Assembly: GCA_965213675.1 (NCBI GenBank)
Contig: OZ243916.1
Coordinates: 1,664,001-1,728,000 of the forward strand
Direction of reading: 5' to 3'
Source of the DNA: an uncultured Candidatus Binatia bacterium
GTDB lineage: Bacteria > Desulfobacterota > Binatia > UBA9968 > JAJDTQ01
DNA length: 64,000 nucleotides
Program-made: the position numbers and the translations under genes
The notes under the pieces: generated by a model
What the model was told of the DNA's origin: nothing
What the model saw: the letters and a program-made list of their open reading frames with translations, nothing else
The model's database searches: none
In this document: piece after piece, positions 44,587-54,206 of the stretch
Numbering within the stretch: position 1 is the first letter of the stretch
How the letters are laid out: each line of letters starts with the position of its first letter

Positions 44587-46701
44587 ATGACTGCGGACCC
44601 TCTTGCCGGCCTCGGGCAGTTCGAGGCGGACCTCTGGACGATCGCGAACAACCTGCGAGCCAATTCGAACCTGGCGTCGAACGAGTATTTCCTGCCCATC
44701 CTGGGGCTGATCTTCCTGCGGCACGCGACCAACCGGTATTACGCGGCGCTGAAAGCCATCCGGAAGGACAAGGCCGCGGGCAGGATGCCGGAGAGGCCAC
44801 TGATCAAGGCGGATTTCACCCAGCGGCGCGCCCTGATGCTGCCCGAGACGGCGCGCTACGACGTGCTGCTGGGGATGCCCAAGGACGGCAGCCTCGGGGC
44901 GGCGGTGACGGCCGCCATGGAGGCCGTGGAAAGCCACTTTCCGCCGCTCGCCGGTCAGTTGCCCAAGGACTACGGGCGCTTCGAGGACGACGCGCTGGAA
45001 GAGATGATGCGGACCTTCGATGCCGAGGCGTTGCGCACGGCATCGGGCGACGTCTTCGGCCGCATCTACGAGTACTTCCTGGCCGAGTTCTCCAAGGAGG
45101 GCGCGCACGACAACGGCGAGTTCTTCACGCCGCCCTCTATCGTCCAGACCATCGTAAATGTGATCGAGCCGGATCACGGCGTCGTCCTCGACCCCGCCTG
45201 CGGCTCGGGCGGGATGTTCGTGCAGTCGAGCCACTTCATCGAGGACGCGGGCGAGGACACCATGAAACGGGTCACGTTCTACGGCCACGAGAAGAACGAG
45301 ACCACCGCGAAGCTCGCTCAGGTCAACCTCGCCGTTCACGGTCTCCAGGGCAGCATCCGCGCCGGCAACGAGGCCATCACCTACTACAAGGACCCGCACG
45401 AGTTGGCCGGCGAGTGCGATTTCGTCATGGCGAACCCACCGTTCAACGTGAGAGATGTGGACGCCGAGAAGGTCAAGGGAGACAAGCGCCTGCCCTTCGG
45501 CCTGCCGGGCGTGAACCCGGAAAAGAAGGTCTCCAACGCCAACTACCTGTGGCTCTCCTACTTCTACAGCTACCTGAACCAGACCGGCCGGGCGGGGGTG
45601 GTCATGTCGTCGCAGGCGTCCAGCGCCGGGCGGGACGAGGCCAAGGTGCGCCGGAAGCTGGTGGAAACTGGCGCCGTGGATGTGATGATCGATGTCCGCG
45701 GCAACTTCTTCTACACCCGCACCGTACCCTGCCAACTCTGGTTCTTCGACCGCACCAAGGAGCGAGACCCCGAGCGGGCCGGCCGCATCCTGATGCTCGA
45801 CGCCCGCAACATCCATCGCAAGGTCTCGCGCGCGGTCTACGACTTCAGCCCCGAGCAGCAGAAGAACATCGCCGCCATCGTATGGCTGTATCGGGGGCAG
45901 TCGGACCGGTTCCTCGATCTGGTCGAGAGCTACCTCGCCCGGTCCATCGCGGAAGGTGGCGCCGCCATCGAGCCGCTCGCAGCGTTCGAGGACGCGTTCG
46001 GCAGGCTGATCGGTCTGGCCGAACCGTTCGCGGCCGGGCAGCACGCCCCCGGCCCGCTTGCCGAACCCTGGGAGGAGCTCATCTCCGCTCGGACCACGGT
46101 ATCCGCCGATTGCGCGGCGTTCACCACCGAAGTCACGCAGCACGCCGCCGACTGGAACGAGGGCGGCAACGGCGAGGCGCGAGACAACCCCGCCCTCCAC
46201 GCGGCGCGCGAAAGCCTGCATGGAATGGCGGGGCGCGGCCGGAACCTGACGAGGCAGATCGATCTGGCCGCGAAGCTTGCCGGCCGGGTGGTCGATACGG
46301 CAGTCAAGGAGCTGGATGCTCGGGACTCGGACCACTGGCCCAATGCGGAGATCGGCAAGGCGCGCCTGTCGCTGGAAAGCGCGCGAGGGTCGGCCGTCGA
46401 AGCGCTCAGTCGGGCCCGCCATTTCGTGCATCAGGCCGACTGGCTGCAAGAACGCTTCCCCGACGCGCGTCTCCGCGACGTCGAGGGCCTGGTGAAGCTG
46501 GTCGAACACGGCGAGGTCGAGGCGCACGACTGGAGCCTCACGCCCGGCCGGTATGTCGGCGTCGCGCCCGAGGAGGAGGACGAGAACTTCGACTTCGAGG
46601 AGGCGATGCGGTCCATCCACATGGACCTCAAGGAGTTGAACGAGGAAGCGGCGGAGTTGGCCGAGCGGATCGCCCGGAACTTCGAGGGGTTAGGGGTGTG
46701 A
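44587..46701 (+). CDS. hsdM: Type I restriction-modification methyltransferase subunit
   Basis: LWTIANNLR, GRIYEYFL, GEFFTP, DPACGSGGMF, ANPPFN and SLTPGRYVG. Confidence 0.96.
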   Translation: MTADPLAGLGQFEADLWTIANNLRANSNLASNEYFLPILGLIFLRHATNRYYAALKAIRKDKAAGRMPERPLIKADFTQRRALMLPETARYDVLLGMPKDGSLGAAVTAAMEAVESHFPPLAGQLPKDYGRFEDDALEEMMRTFDAEALRTASGDVFGRIYEYFLAEFSKEGAHDNGEFFTPPSIVQTIVNVIEPDHGVVLDPACGSGGMFVQSSHFIEDAGEDTMKRVTFYGHEKNETTAKLAQVNLAVHGLQGSIRAGNEAITYYKDPHELAGECDFVMANPPFNVRDVDAEKVKGDKRLPFGLPGVNPEKKVSNANYLWLSYFYSYLNQTGRAGVVMSSQASSAGRDEAKVRRKLVETGAVDVMIDVRGNFFYTRTVPCQLWFFDRTKERDPERAGRILMLDARNIHRKVSRAVYDFSPEQQKNIAAIVWLYRGQSDRFLDLVESYLARSIAEGGAAIEPLAAFEDAFGRLIGLAEPFAAGQHAPGPLAEPWEELISARTTVSADCAAFTTEVTQHAADWNEGGNGEARDNPALHAARESLHGMAGRGRNLTRQIDLAAKLAGRVVDTAVKELDARDSDHWPNAEIGKARLSLESARGSAVEALSRARHFVHQADWLQERFPDARLRDVEGLVKLVEHGEVEAHDWSLTPGRYVGVAPEEEDENFDFEEAMRSIHMDLKELNEEAAELAERIARNFEGLGV

Positions 46702-47696
46702 CCACGACACCGCCCTACACGATCACCCCGGCGATTCTCGACCTGTCCATACGGATCGGCGAGGCGATCGGCCGGGCGGAGGAAGCGGCGGTCGGCGAGG
46801 ACCTGCGCCTGCGGCGCATCAACCGCATCCGCACCATTCGAGGGTCGCTCGCGATCGAAGGCAACACCCTCACCGAAGACGAGATCACGACCATCCTGGA
46901 CGGCAGGCCGGTGATCGCGCCGCCGCGGGAAGTCCAGGAGGTCCGCAACGCCTTCAGCGCCTACGACCTGTTTCCCGAGTGGAGTCCCACCAGTGAAGCC
47001 GATCTGCTCCGTGCGCACGCGGTGCTGATGATGGGGCTGCTCGACGCCCCCGGCCGCTACCGGCGTGTCGGCGTTGCCGTGACCGGTGGAGGACAAGTAC
47101 ACCACATCGGCCCTCCCGCCGATCGCGTTCCGCGTCTGGTGGAGAACCTGCTGTCCTGGCTGGGCGGCACGGACGAGCATCCGTTGATCGCGAGCTCCGT
47201 ATTCCACTACGAATTCGAGTTCATCCACCCCTTCGAGGACGGCAACGGACGCATGGGCCGTCTCTGGCAGACCCTGATTCTGACGCACTGGAACCATCTG
47301 TTCGCTTGGATTCCGGTGGAAAGCCTGATCCATGCGCACCAGAGCGAATACTACGAGGCCATCCGGGCAAGCTCCGCCAAGGGAGAGAGCACCCCGTTCA
47401 TCCTTTTCATGCTGGAGGCGATTCTTGAGGCCGTCCGAACCCTCCGTACAACCGACCAAGATAACGACCATGTAACCGACCAAGTAGCACGGCTGCTCGC
47501 CGGTTTGCGGGACGGCCCGAGGAGCGCTGCGGAAGTCATGGCCGCGCTTGGCCTGTCGCACCGCCCGACCTTCCGCGACAACTACATCCGTCCGGCGCTT
47601 GAGGCGGAACTGGTCGAAATGACCCGTCCGGAGTCGCCGACGGCAAGGAACCAGCGGTATCGACTCACCGCCAGTGGGAGGGTGGCAGCACGATGA
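46698..47696 (+). CDS. Fic family protein with C-terminal wHTH (class II, auto-inhibitory SLAIEGN motif)
   Basis: HPFEDGNGRMGR Fic motif and SLAIEGN; GTGA overlap with the hsdM stop. Confidence 0.93.
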   Translation: MTTTPPYTITPAILDLSIRIGEAIGRAEEAAVGEDLRLRRINRIRTIRGSLAIEGNTLTEDEITTILDGRPVIAPPREVQEVRNAFSAYDLFPEWSPTSEADLLRAHAVLMMGLLDAPGRYRRVGVAVTGGGQVHHIGPPADRVPRLVENLLSWLGGTDEHPLIASSVFHYEFEFIHPFEDGNGRMGRLWQTLILTHWNHLFAWIPVESLIHAHQSEYYEAIRASSAKGESTPFILFMLEAILEAVRTLRTTDQDNDHVTDQVARLLAGLRDGPRSAAEVMAALGLSHRPTFRDNYIRPALEAELVEMTRPESPTARNQRYRLTASGRVAAR

Positions 47697-47799
47697 AGCG
47701 GTTGATGGACTTGCAAACTGATTCCGTACGAAGCTCAGATCGGGAGCATCTCATTACTCGGGGCTCGGACATCCTTGCCTGCGTGGAGCGCTACGGGTC

Positions 47800-48260
47800 T
47801 TCGGCCGTCCGCGAACTGGATGCCCGCGGTCTCGGGACGCCTCCTACCCGGAAAAGCCCCGGGGGCTGGGCTGACGATGATGCGTAATCAGGAATTGCAA
47901 TGCGGGGCCATGGGCGAGGTGCGCCGGTCACGGGAAGACGCGCGGGCGTCGGCCGTCGAAGCGCCCCGCTGGGCGCGCGACTTCGTCCGGTGGGACGATT
48001 GGCTGCGGGAGTGTTTCTCCGATGCGAGATTCCCCGATGTCGGGCGGCGGGTGAAGCTGTTCGAACGCGACACGGTCGCATCCCACGGCTGGAGCCTCAC
48101 GCCCGGCGGTTATGCGGGCATCGCACCAGCCGAGGAGGACGAGGACTTCGACTTCGAAGAGGAGGTGCGATCCATCCACATCGACCTCAAAGGGATCAAC
48201 AACGAGGCGACGGCACTCGCCCCACGAATCGCCCGAAACTCCCAGGCGCTGGGTGCATGA
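47800..48260 (+). pseudogene. Degenerate duplicate of the hsdM 3' end
   Basis: WSLTPGGYAGIAPAEEDEDFDFEEEVRSIHIDLKGIN...IARN versus hsdM WSLTPGRYVGVAPEEEDENFDFEEAMRSIHMDLKELN...IARN; AVRELDAR versus AVKELDAR in another frame. Confidence 0.88.
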
Positions 48261-49486
48261 GTCGAAAAGCGGTGAAGCTCAGGTGTTTGGCTGCCGATGG
48301 AAGATATTCCCTCATCGGTGGTCCTTTCGGGTCCAAGCTAACCTCCGCCGATTATGTAGAAGATGGTATCCCGGTAATTCGCGGCTCCAACCTCAATGGT
48401 GGTCGCTACCTGGCCGAAACAGAGTTTGTATACGTCTCAGAGCAGAAGATGCGTGAGGATCTCTTTGGCAACTTGGCCCATCGTGGGGACGTAGTCTTCA
48501 CACAGCGTGGCACGTTGGGCCAGACCGCACTCATCCCAGACAATGCGCGTTATGACGTTTATGTGATTTCGCAGAGTCAGATGAAGCTAACCGTGGATCC
48601 GGAGAAGGCAGATCCACGGTTTGTCTACTACTACTCTTCTAGCCGCCAAGCAATCCAGAAGATTCTTAACCAGAATTCGTCATCTGGCGTTCCGCACATC
48701 AATCTCAACTCACTACGCAATTTCTTGGTTCCTCAAATTTCCCTACACGAACAAAGAAATATTGCTGACATTCTATCGAGTTACGACGATCTAATTGAGA
48801 ACAACAACCGGCGAATTGCGTTACTGGAAGAGGCGGCGCGGCTGCTTTACCGCGAGTGGTTCGTCCACTTCCGCTTTCCCGGCCACGAACATGTCAACGT
48901 CGTCGACGGTTTCCCCAATGGCTGGGAACGGCGGGCATTGGGCGACGTAGTACAGGTTGTGAAGAAGAGCGTGAAGCCGTCCGATTTCGAAGAGCACGAT
49001 ATCCACATTGGACTTGAGCACATCCCACGGCGCTCATTCACATTGGCCAATTGGGAGCCGGCCGAAGGTCTCGCGAGTGGAAAATGGCGATTCGAAGAAG
49101 GAGACATACTGTTCTGCAAGATCAGGCCATATTTTCATAAAGTTGGCTTCACCATGCGAAGGGGGCTGGTTTCTTCAGATGCGCTGGTTTGGCGTGTCCG
49201 CAATGAAGCTGAATGGCCTATCGTTCTCTGTGCAACTTCGAGCGACCACTTCGTGGCGGTGGCATCGAAGACGGTGCGGGAGGGTTCGAAGATGCCACGC
49301 GCTGATTGGAGCGTGCTTCGAGAATACGTCATCCCAAAACCGCCCAGAACGCTGCTCAAGCTGTTCAACGATACAGTCCAAACAATCGCTGGACAGTGCA
49401 AGACGCTGGCACTCCACAACAGGTCACTCGCGGAAGCCCGCGACCTTCTCCTGCCGCGCCTGATGAACGGGGAGATTCCGGTCTGA
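48257..49486 (+). CDS. hsdS: Type I restriction-modification specificity subunit (two TRDs)
   Basis: GGPFGSKL, EQRNIADILSSYDDLIENN, YREWFVHFRFPG, PNGW and ARDLLLPRLMNGEI. Confidence 0.95.
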   Translation: MSRKAVKLRCLAADGRYSLIGGPFGSKLTSADYVEDGIPVIRGSNLNGGRYLAETEFVYVSEQKMREDLFGNLAHRGDVVFTQRGTLGQTALIPDNARYDVYVISQSQMKLTVDPEKADPRFVYYYSSSRQAIQKILNQNSSSGVPHINLNSLRNFLVPQISLHEQRNIADILSSYDDLIENNNRRIALLEEAARLLYREWFVHFRFPGHEHVNVVDGFPNGWERRALGDVVQVVKKSVKPSDFEEHDIHIGLEHIPRRSFTLANWEPAEGLASGKWRFEEGDILFCKIRPYFHKVGFTMRRGLVSSDALVWRVRNEAEWPIVLCATSSDHFVAVASKTVREGSKMPRADWSVLREYVIPKPPRTLLKLFNDTVQTIAGQCKTLALHNRSLAEARDLLLPRLMNGEIPV

Positions 49487-49523
49487 TGAGAGCATCCGGC
49501 ACCACCATCGGAGGGCGGACGCG

Positions 49524-52500
49524 ATGGCAGTGACGCCCGTCAACAGCGAGGACTGGCTGGTGCAGGCGACCTTCGCCGAGCATCTCGAAAACGCACTCGG
49601 CTGGGAATCCGTCTACGCCTGGAACGAGGAGACCTTCGGGCCGGACGGCACCCTCGGCCGCTCCGACACAAAGGAAGCGGTCCTGACCCGTGATGTTCGC
49701 GCAGCCCTGGAACGGCTAAATCCCGAGCTTCCGGCTGTCGCCGTCGACAACGCGTTGCGCGACCTGACCGTGTACGACGTCAGCCGTTCGATGGTGCAGC
49801 ACAACCGCGAGTTCTACCGGCTGATCCGCAACGGCGTGCCGGTGGAATACCTGGACGCCCAAGGAGGCCTCAAATCCGCCCGCGCCCGGGTGATCGATTT
49901 CGACAATGCGCCGGGCTCGAACCGCTTCCTTGCGGTGCGTGAGTTGAAGCTCACGGGTGTTCGCACACCCAACTACAATCGCCGGGCCGACTTGGTTTGC
50001 TTCGTTAACGGACTGCCGTTGGTCTTCGTCGAGTTGAAGGCGGTCTACAAGAACATCCGTGAAGGGTTCGACAACAACCTGTCCGACTACATGCACGAGA
50101 ACGTCATCGCGCATGCGTTTCATCACAACGCTTTTCTTGTGGTCTCCAACGGGCACAGGGCGCGCTACGGCTCGATCACCAGCGCATGGGGGCATTTCGC
50201 GGAGTGGAAACGACTCGACGAAACAGACAAGGGGAACCTGGAGGCGCGAGTGCTGCTGAACGGCATGTTGCGGCACGACCGGCTGCTGGACATCGTCGAG
50301 AACTTCATCCTGTTCGACGAGAGCAAGGCCGGGGCGACGCGCAAGGTCATCGCCCGGAACCACCAGGTGCTGGGTGTCAACCGGGCGGTAGAGTCGGTGG
50401 CGCGGCAGGAAGAATTGAAGTGCGAGTTCCCGCCCGGGAAGCGGTTGACGAGTCGCGTCGTGGAGTTGCCGCTCGACTCCCGCGCGCCTGCGAAGGACCC
50501 GCCGGCACAGGTATTGGTTGCGGAGCCAGCGGCGCCTTTCGATCTGCCTTCGCCCTATATCGCCAAGGGGCCGGTGGACATCGTCGAGCGGGCGCGTCCT
50601 GACATCGGCCGCCTCGGCGTCTTCTGGCACACCCAAGGCAGTGGAAAATCCTACTCCATGGCGTTTTTCACCGAGAAGGTGCGGCGGAAGCTGGAGGGCA
50701 ACTTCACGTTCCTGCTCATGACGGACCGGACCGATCTCGACAGCCAGATCTACAAGACCTTCGTGGGCTGCGGCATCGCCGACGACAACACGCCTCGGCC
50801 CGCGACGGGGGACAGCCTCGAACGGCTGCTCAGGGAGAACCACCGCTACATCTTCAGCCTGATTCACAAGTTCAACAAGAACGTGAATCCGGCGCGGCCC
50901 TATAGCGAGCGCGACGACATCATCGTAATCTCGGACGAGGCCCATCGCACGCAAGCGGGGCGGCTGGCGCGCAACATGCGCCTGGCGCTGCCCAACGCAG
51001 CCTTCATCGGTTTCACGGGCACGCCGCTGTTCAAACAGGACCAACTTACGAAGCAGATTTTCGGAGACTACGTCTCCCGCTACGATTTCAAGCGGTCCGA
51101 GGAAGACGGCTCCACCGTCAAGTTGGTGTACGAGAACCGGGGCGAGAAACTGGGCGTGGCGCGGGCCGACCTGAACGACCGCATCGCAACCAAGATCGAA
51201 AAGGCCGATCTCGACCCCGACCAGGAGGCGCTGCTGGAAAAGCTCCTGGGGCAGGACTACGAGGTCATCACCGCGGACGAGCGGCTGGAGAAGATCGCCG
51301 AAGACTTCGTCGAGCACTGCGCCACCCGCTGGCAGTCGGGCAAGTCCATGCTGGTGTGCATCGACAAGATCACCTGTGGGAGGATGCTTCAATTGATTCT
51401 GCCGCGATGGCGGGCCAGGGCGGCGGCGGTGCGAGTGGAGGCCGCGGCCATGCAAGCGGAGGCACGGACCACGGCGGACGACGCACTCCGCGTTCAACTC
51501 GAAGAAGCAACGCGGATGCTCTCGGCCCAGGCCGACTGGCTCGACGAAACCATCGTCGAGATCATCATCAGCGAGGCGCAAAACGAGGTCCAGGACTTTG
51601 CGAAATGGGGCTTCGACATCATCCCCCACCGGGCACGGATGAAGCAGGGCTTCGAGACTTCCGACGGTGGCCGGGTGGATGTCGAGACTGCATTCAAGGA
51701 CCCCGAGCATCCCTTCCGCGTGGCCATCGTGTGCGCCATGTGGCTGACCGGCTTCGACGTGGAATGCTTGTCTACGCTGTACGTGGACAGGCCCATGAAG
51801 GCACATTCGCTGATGCAGGCCATCGCCCGGGCGAACCGGGTGTATCCCGGCAAGGACTTCGGCCTGATCGTGGACTACAACGGCCTGCTCAAGAGCCTGC
51901 GGGAAGCGCTCGCGCAGTACGCCTTGGGCGACGGCCCCGACGGGGAAGGCAACGGCAACGAAGGCGCGGGCGCGGAGGACATCATCACACCCGTGGAGGA
52001 GCGTGTGCAGGCGCTGATCGAAGCCGTGGAGGCCACCGAGGCGCATTTGCGAAGCCTCGGGTTCGACCCCGCGACCCTCGTGGGCGCAACGGGTTTCCAG
52101 CGCATCGCGAGATTCAAGGACGCGGTTGAAGCCGTCTATGACAGCGACGAGGCCAAGCGCCGGTTCGAGATCCTCGCGCGACAGGTGTTCACCCGTTTCA
52201 AGGCCCTGCTGATGGAGCCGTCGGCGTTTGCGTACGCGGAGCGGCGCGACAACATCGAGACCATCTACAAGAAGCTCACGGAACGGCGCGATACCGCAGA
52301 CGTGACAGAGCTTCTGAAAGAACTGCACCGGATCGTCAACCAGGCCATCCGCACGCAGGCGCCGGGGGACGACCAGGCCGAAGGGCTGACTTTCGACCTG
52401 AGCCGGATCGACATGGAGAAGCTGCGTGACGAGTTCGCGAAACAGGTCCGGCACAAAGCGACGGCGCTGCAGGACATCCGCGAGATCATCGAGCGGAAGC

Positions 52501-52985
52501 TCGCGGAAATGCTCACGCGCAACCCCTCACGCATGGACTACCAGCGCCGATACGAGGAGATCGTCGCCGGCTACAACCGGGAGCAAGATCGGGTAACCGT
52601 CGAGGAGACCTTCCGGCAGTTGACCGAACTGATGGAAGAACTGGACGCCGAGCAGAAACGCGCGGTGGAGGAAGGCCTCAACGAGCACGAGCTTGCCCTG
52701 TTCGACCTGATGAAGAAAGACGGTCTCGGTGGGGCTGAACGAGAACGGGTCAAGCGGGCGAGCCGCGAACTGTTTGTAACAATCAAGGAGCGACTGTCCG
52801 AGCTCGACCGGTTCTGGGAGAAGGAACAGACCAAGGCGGATGTCAGGGTGTTCATCCTTGACGAGATCTACTCGCGCCTCCCCAGTCCTACGTTTTCCAC
52901 GGAAGAAAGAGAGACGGTGGCCAAGGAAGTCTACGCCCACGTCTGGCAACAGGCGGTCAGCGGCGAATTCGCGAAGGCGGCGTGA
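49524..52985 (+). CDS. hsdR: Type I restriction endonuclease subunit R
   Basis: RRADLVCFVNGLPLVFVELK, WHTQGSGKS, DEAHR, FTGTP, MWLTGFD and QAIARANR. Confidence 0.97.
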   Translation: MAVTPVNSEDWLVQATFAEHLENALGWESVYAWNEETFGPDGTLGRSDTKEAVLTRDVRAALERLNPELPAVAVDNALRDLTVYDVSRSMVQHNREFYRLIRNGVPVEYLDAQGGLKSARARVIDFDNAPGSNRFLAVRELKLTGVRTPNYNRRADLVCFVNGLPLVFVELKAVYKNIREGFDNNLSDYMHENVIAHAFHHNAFLVVSNGHRARYGSITSAWGHFAEWKRLDETDKGNLEARVLLNGMLRHDRLLDIVENFILFDESKAGATRKVIARNHQVLGVNRAVESVARQEELKCEFPPGKRLTSRVVELPLDSRAPAKDPPAQVLVAEPAAPFDLPSPYIAKGPVDIVERARPDIGRLGVFWHTQGSGKSYSMAFFTEKVRRKLEGNFTFLLMTDRTDLDSQIYKTFVGCGIADDNTPRPATGDSLERLLRENHRYIFSLIHKFNKNVNPARPYSERDDIIVISDEAHRTQAGRLARNMRLALPNAAFIGFTGTPLFKQDQLTKQIFGDYVSRYDFKRSEEDGSTVKLVYENRGEKLGVARADLNDRIATKIEKADLDPDQEALLEKLLGQDYEVITADERLEKIAEDFVEHCATRWQSGKSMLVCIDKITCGRMLQLILPRWRARAAAVRVEAAAMQAEARTTADDALRVQLEEATRMLSAQADWLDETIVEIIISEAQNEVQDFAKWGFDIIPHRARMKQGFETSDGGRVDVETAFKDPEHPFRVAIVCAMWLTGFDVECLSTLYVDRPMKAHSLMQAIARANRVYPGKDFGLIVDYNGLLKSLREALAQYALGDGPDGEGNGNEGAGAEDIITPVEERVQALIEAVEATEAHLRSLGFDPATLVGATGFQRIARFKDAVEAVYDSDEAKRRFEILARQVFTRFKALLMEPSAFAYAERRDNIETIYKKLTERRDTADVTELLKELHRIVNQAIRTQAPGDDQAEGLTFDLSRIDMEKLRDEFAKQVRHKATALQDIREIIERKLAEMLTRNPSRMDYQRRYEEIVAGYNREQDRVTVEETFRQLTELMEELDAEQKRAVEEGLNEHELALFDLMKKDGLGGAERERVKRASRELFVTIKERLSELDRFWEKEQTKADVRVFILDEIYSRLPSPTFSTEERETVAKEVYAHVWQQAVSGEFAKAA

Positions 52986-53198
52986 CGAAACGGGCGATGA
53001 TTCGGCGGACAATGACGGAGCCATGCGTTATCGCGGCGTTTCAGGATGGCACGGCAATCGAGAGAGGCCATCGCACGGCAGAGCCAACTCCCGTGGGACT
53101 GTGGGACGACGCGCTGGACAGGCGCCCTTCGTTTCGCGTATCACCGTGGTTTGCGAATCGCCGGGACAATGCATTCATGTGCGCTCAAAGGAGCATCC

Positions 53199-54074
53199 AT
53201 GGCTGGAACGAACAAGCATGAGAAGAAGCTGAAGGATCCGGTCCGTAACGCCGCCGCCACAGTCGCGCATCGGCCGGATGGAAAGAAGAACGAGAAGAAA
53301 ATCGACACCAGACATTACGAAAAAGAGCTTCTCAAACTCCAGATCGAGCTCGTATCCATGCTCGAATGGATCAAGCAGAAGGGACTGAAGGTAGTGGTCC
53401 TCTTCGAGGGTCGCGATGCGGCGGGCAAGGGCGGGGTCATCAAGCGCATCACCCAGCATCTCAGCCCGCGAATCTGCCGCGTGGTTGCGTTGCCGGCGCC
53501 CACCGAGCGCGAGCAGACCCAATGGTACTTTCAACGTTACGTGCCGCACCTGCCGGCCGCCGGGGAGATGGTGCTGTTCGATCGGAGTTGGTACAACCGG
53601 GCGGGCGTTGAGCGGGTCATGGGATTTTGCACCCACGAGGAGTACCAGGAGTTCCTGCGTAGCTGCCCGGAGTTCGAGCGCATGCTGGTACGCTCCGGTA
53701 TCATGTTGGTCAAATACTGGTTCTCGATTTCCGACGAAGAACAGGAGCGGCGCTTCCATAGCCGGCTCAAGCTCAGGCACAAACGCTGGAAGCTGAGCCC
53801 CATGGACCTGGAATCCCGGCGGCGCTGGGTAGACTATTCAAGAGCGAAGGACGAGATGTTCGCCCACACCGACATCAAGCAGGCGCCGTGGTACGTCGTG
53901 GAAGCGGACGTGAAAAAGCATGCCCGGCTGAACTGCATCAGCCACCTGCTCAGCCTGATCCCTTATCATGACCTGACACCCGAACCGATCAAGCTGCCGA
54001 AACGCGCGGATGCCGGCGCGTACGTCCGCCCACCCATCACGGACCAGACTTTCGTTCCGCCCGTATATCCCTGA
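53199..54074 (+). CDS. ppk2: Polyphosphate kinase 2
   Basis: FEGRDAAGKGG, WYFQRY, FDRSWYNRAGVE and WKLSPMD; AAGGAG RBS. Confidence 0.96.
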   Translation: MAGTNKHEKKLKDPVRNAAATVAHRPDGKKNEKKIDTRHYEKELLKLQIELVSMLEWIKQKGLKVVVLFEGRDAAGKGGVIKRITQHLSPRICRVVALPAPTEREQTQWYFQRYVPHLPAAGEMVLFDRSWYNRAGVERVMGFCTHEEYQEFLRSCPEFERMLVRSGIMLVKYWFSISDEEQERRFHSRLKLRHKRWKLSPMDLESRRRWVDYSRAKDEMFAHTDIKQAPWYVVEADVKKHARLNCISHLLSLIPYHDLTPEPIKLPKRADAGAYVRPPITDQTFVPPVYP

Positions 54075-54206
54075 AAGCAGAAAACCGTCTTCAGCGCGTT
54101 CCCTTCCTGGCGTCCGGATCTCGGAGGGCGGCCGTCTTCAATCGCATTTTCCAGCTCGTGGAATGACCGTATCCAGACAGGATCCATGCAGGAAGCGCGA
54201 ATCGCG

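Noticed and set aside
47693-47887. 64-aa ORF after fic as a possible antitoxin
   Set aside because: Its C-terminal half derives from the decayed hsdM duplicate, and the Fic already carries its own inhibitory motif.
54078-54190. Minus-strand fragment MDPVWIRSFHELENAIEDGRPPRSGRQEGNALK resembling a Gfo/Idh/MocA C-terminus
   Set aside because: Only about 30 aa, so the similarity cannot be supported without a search; at most a gene scar.
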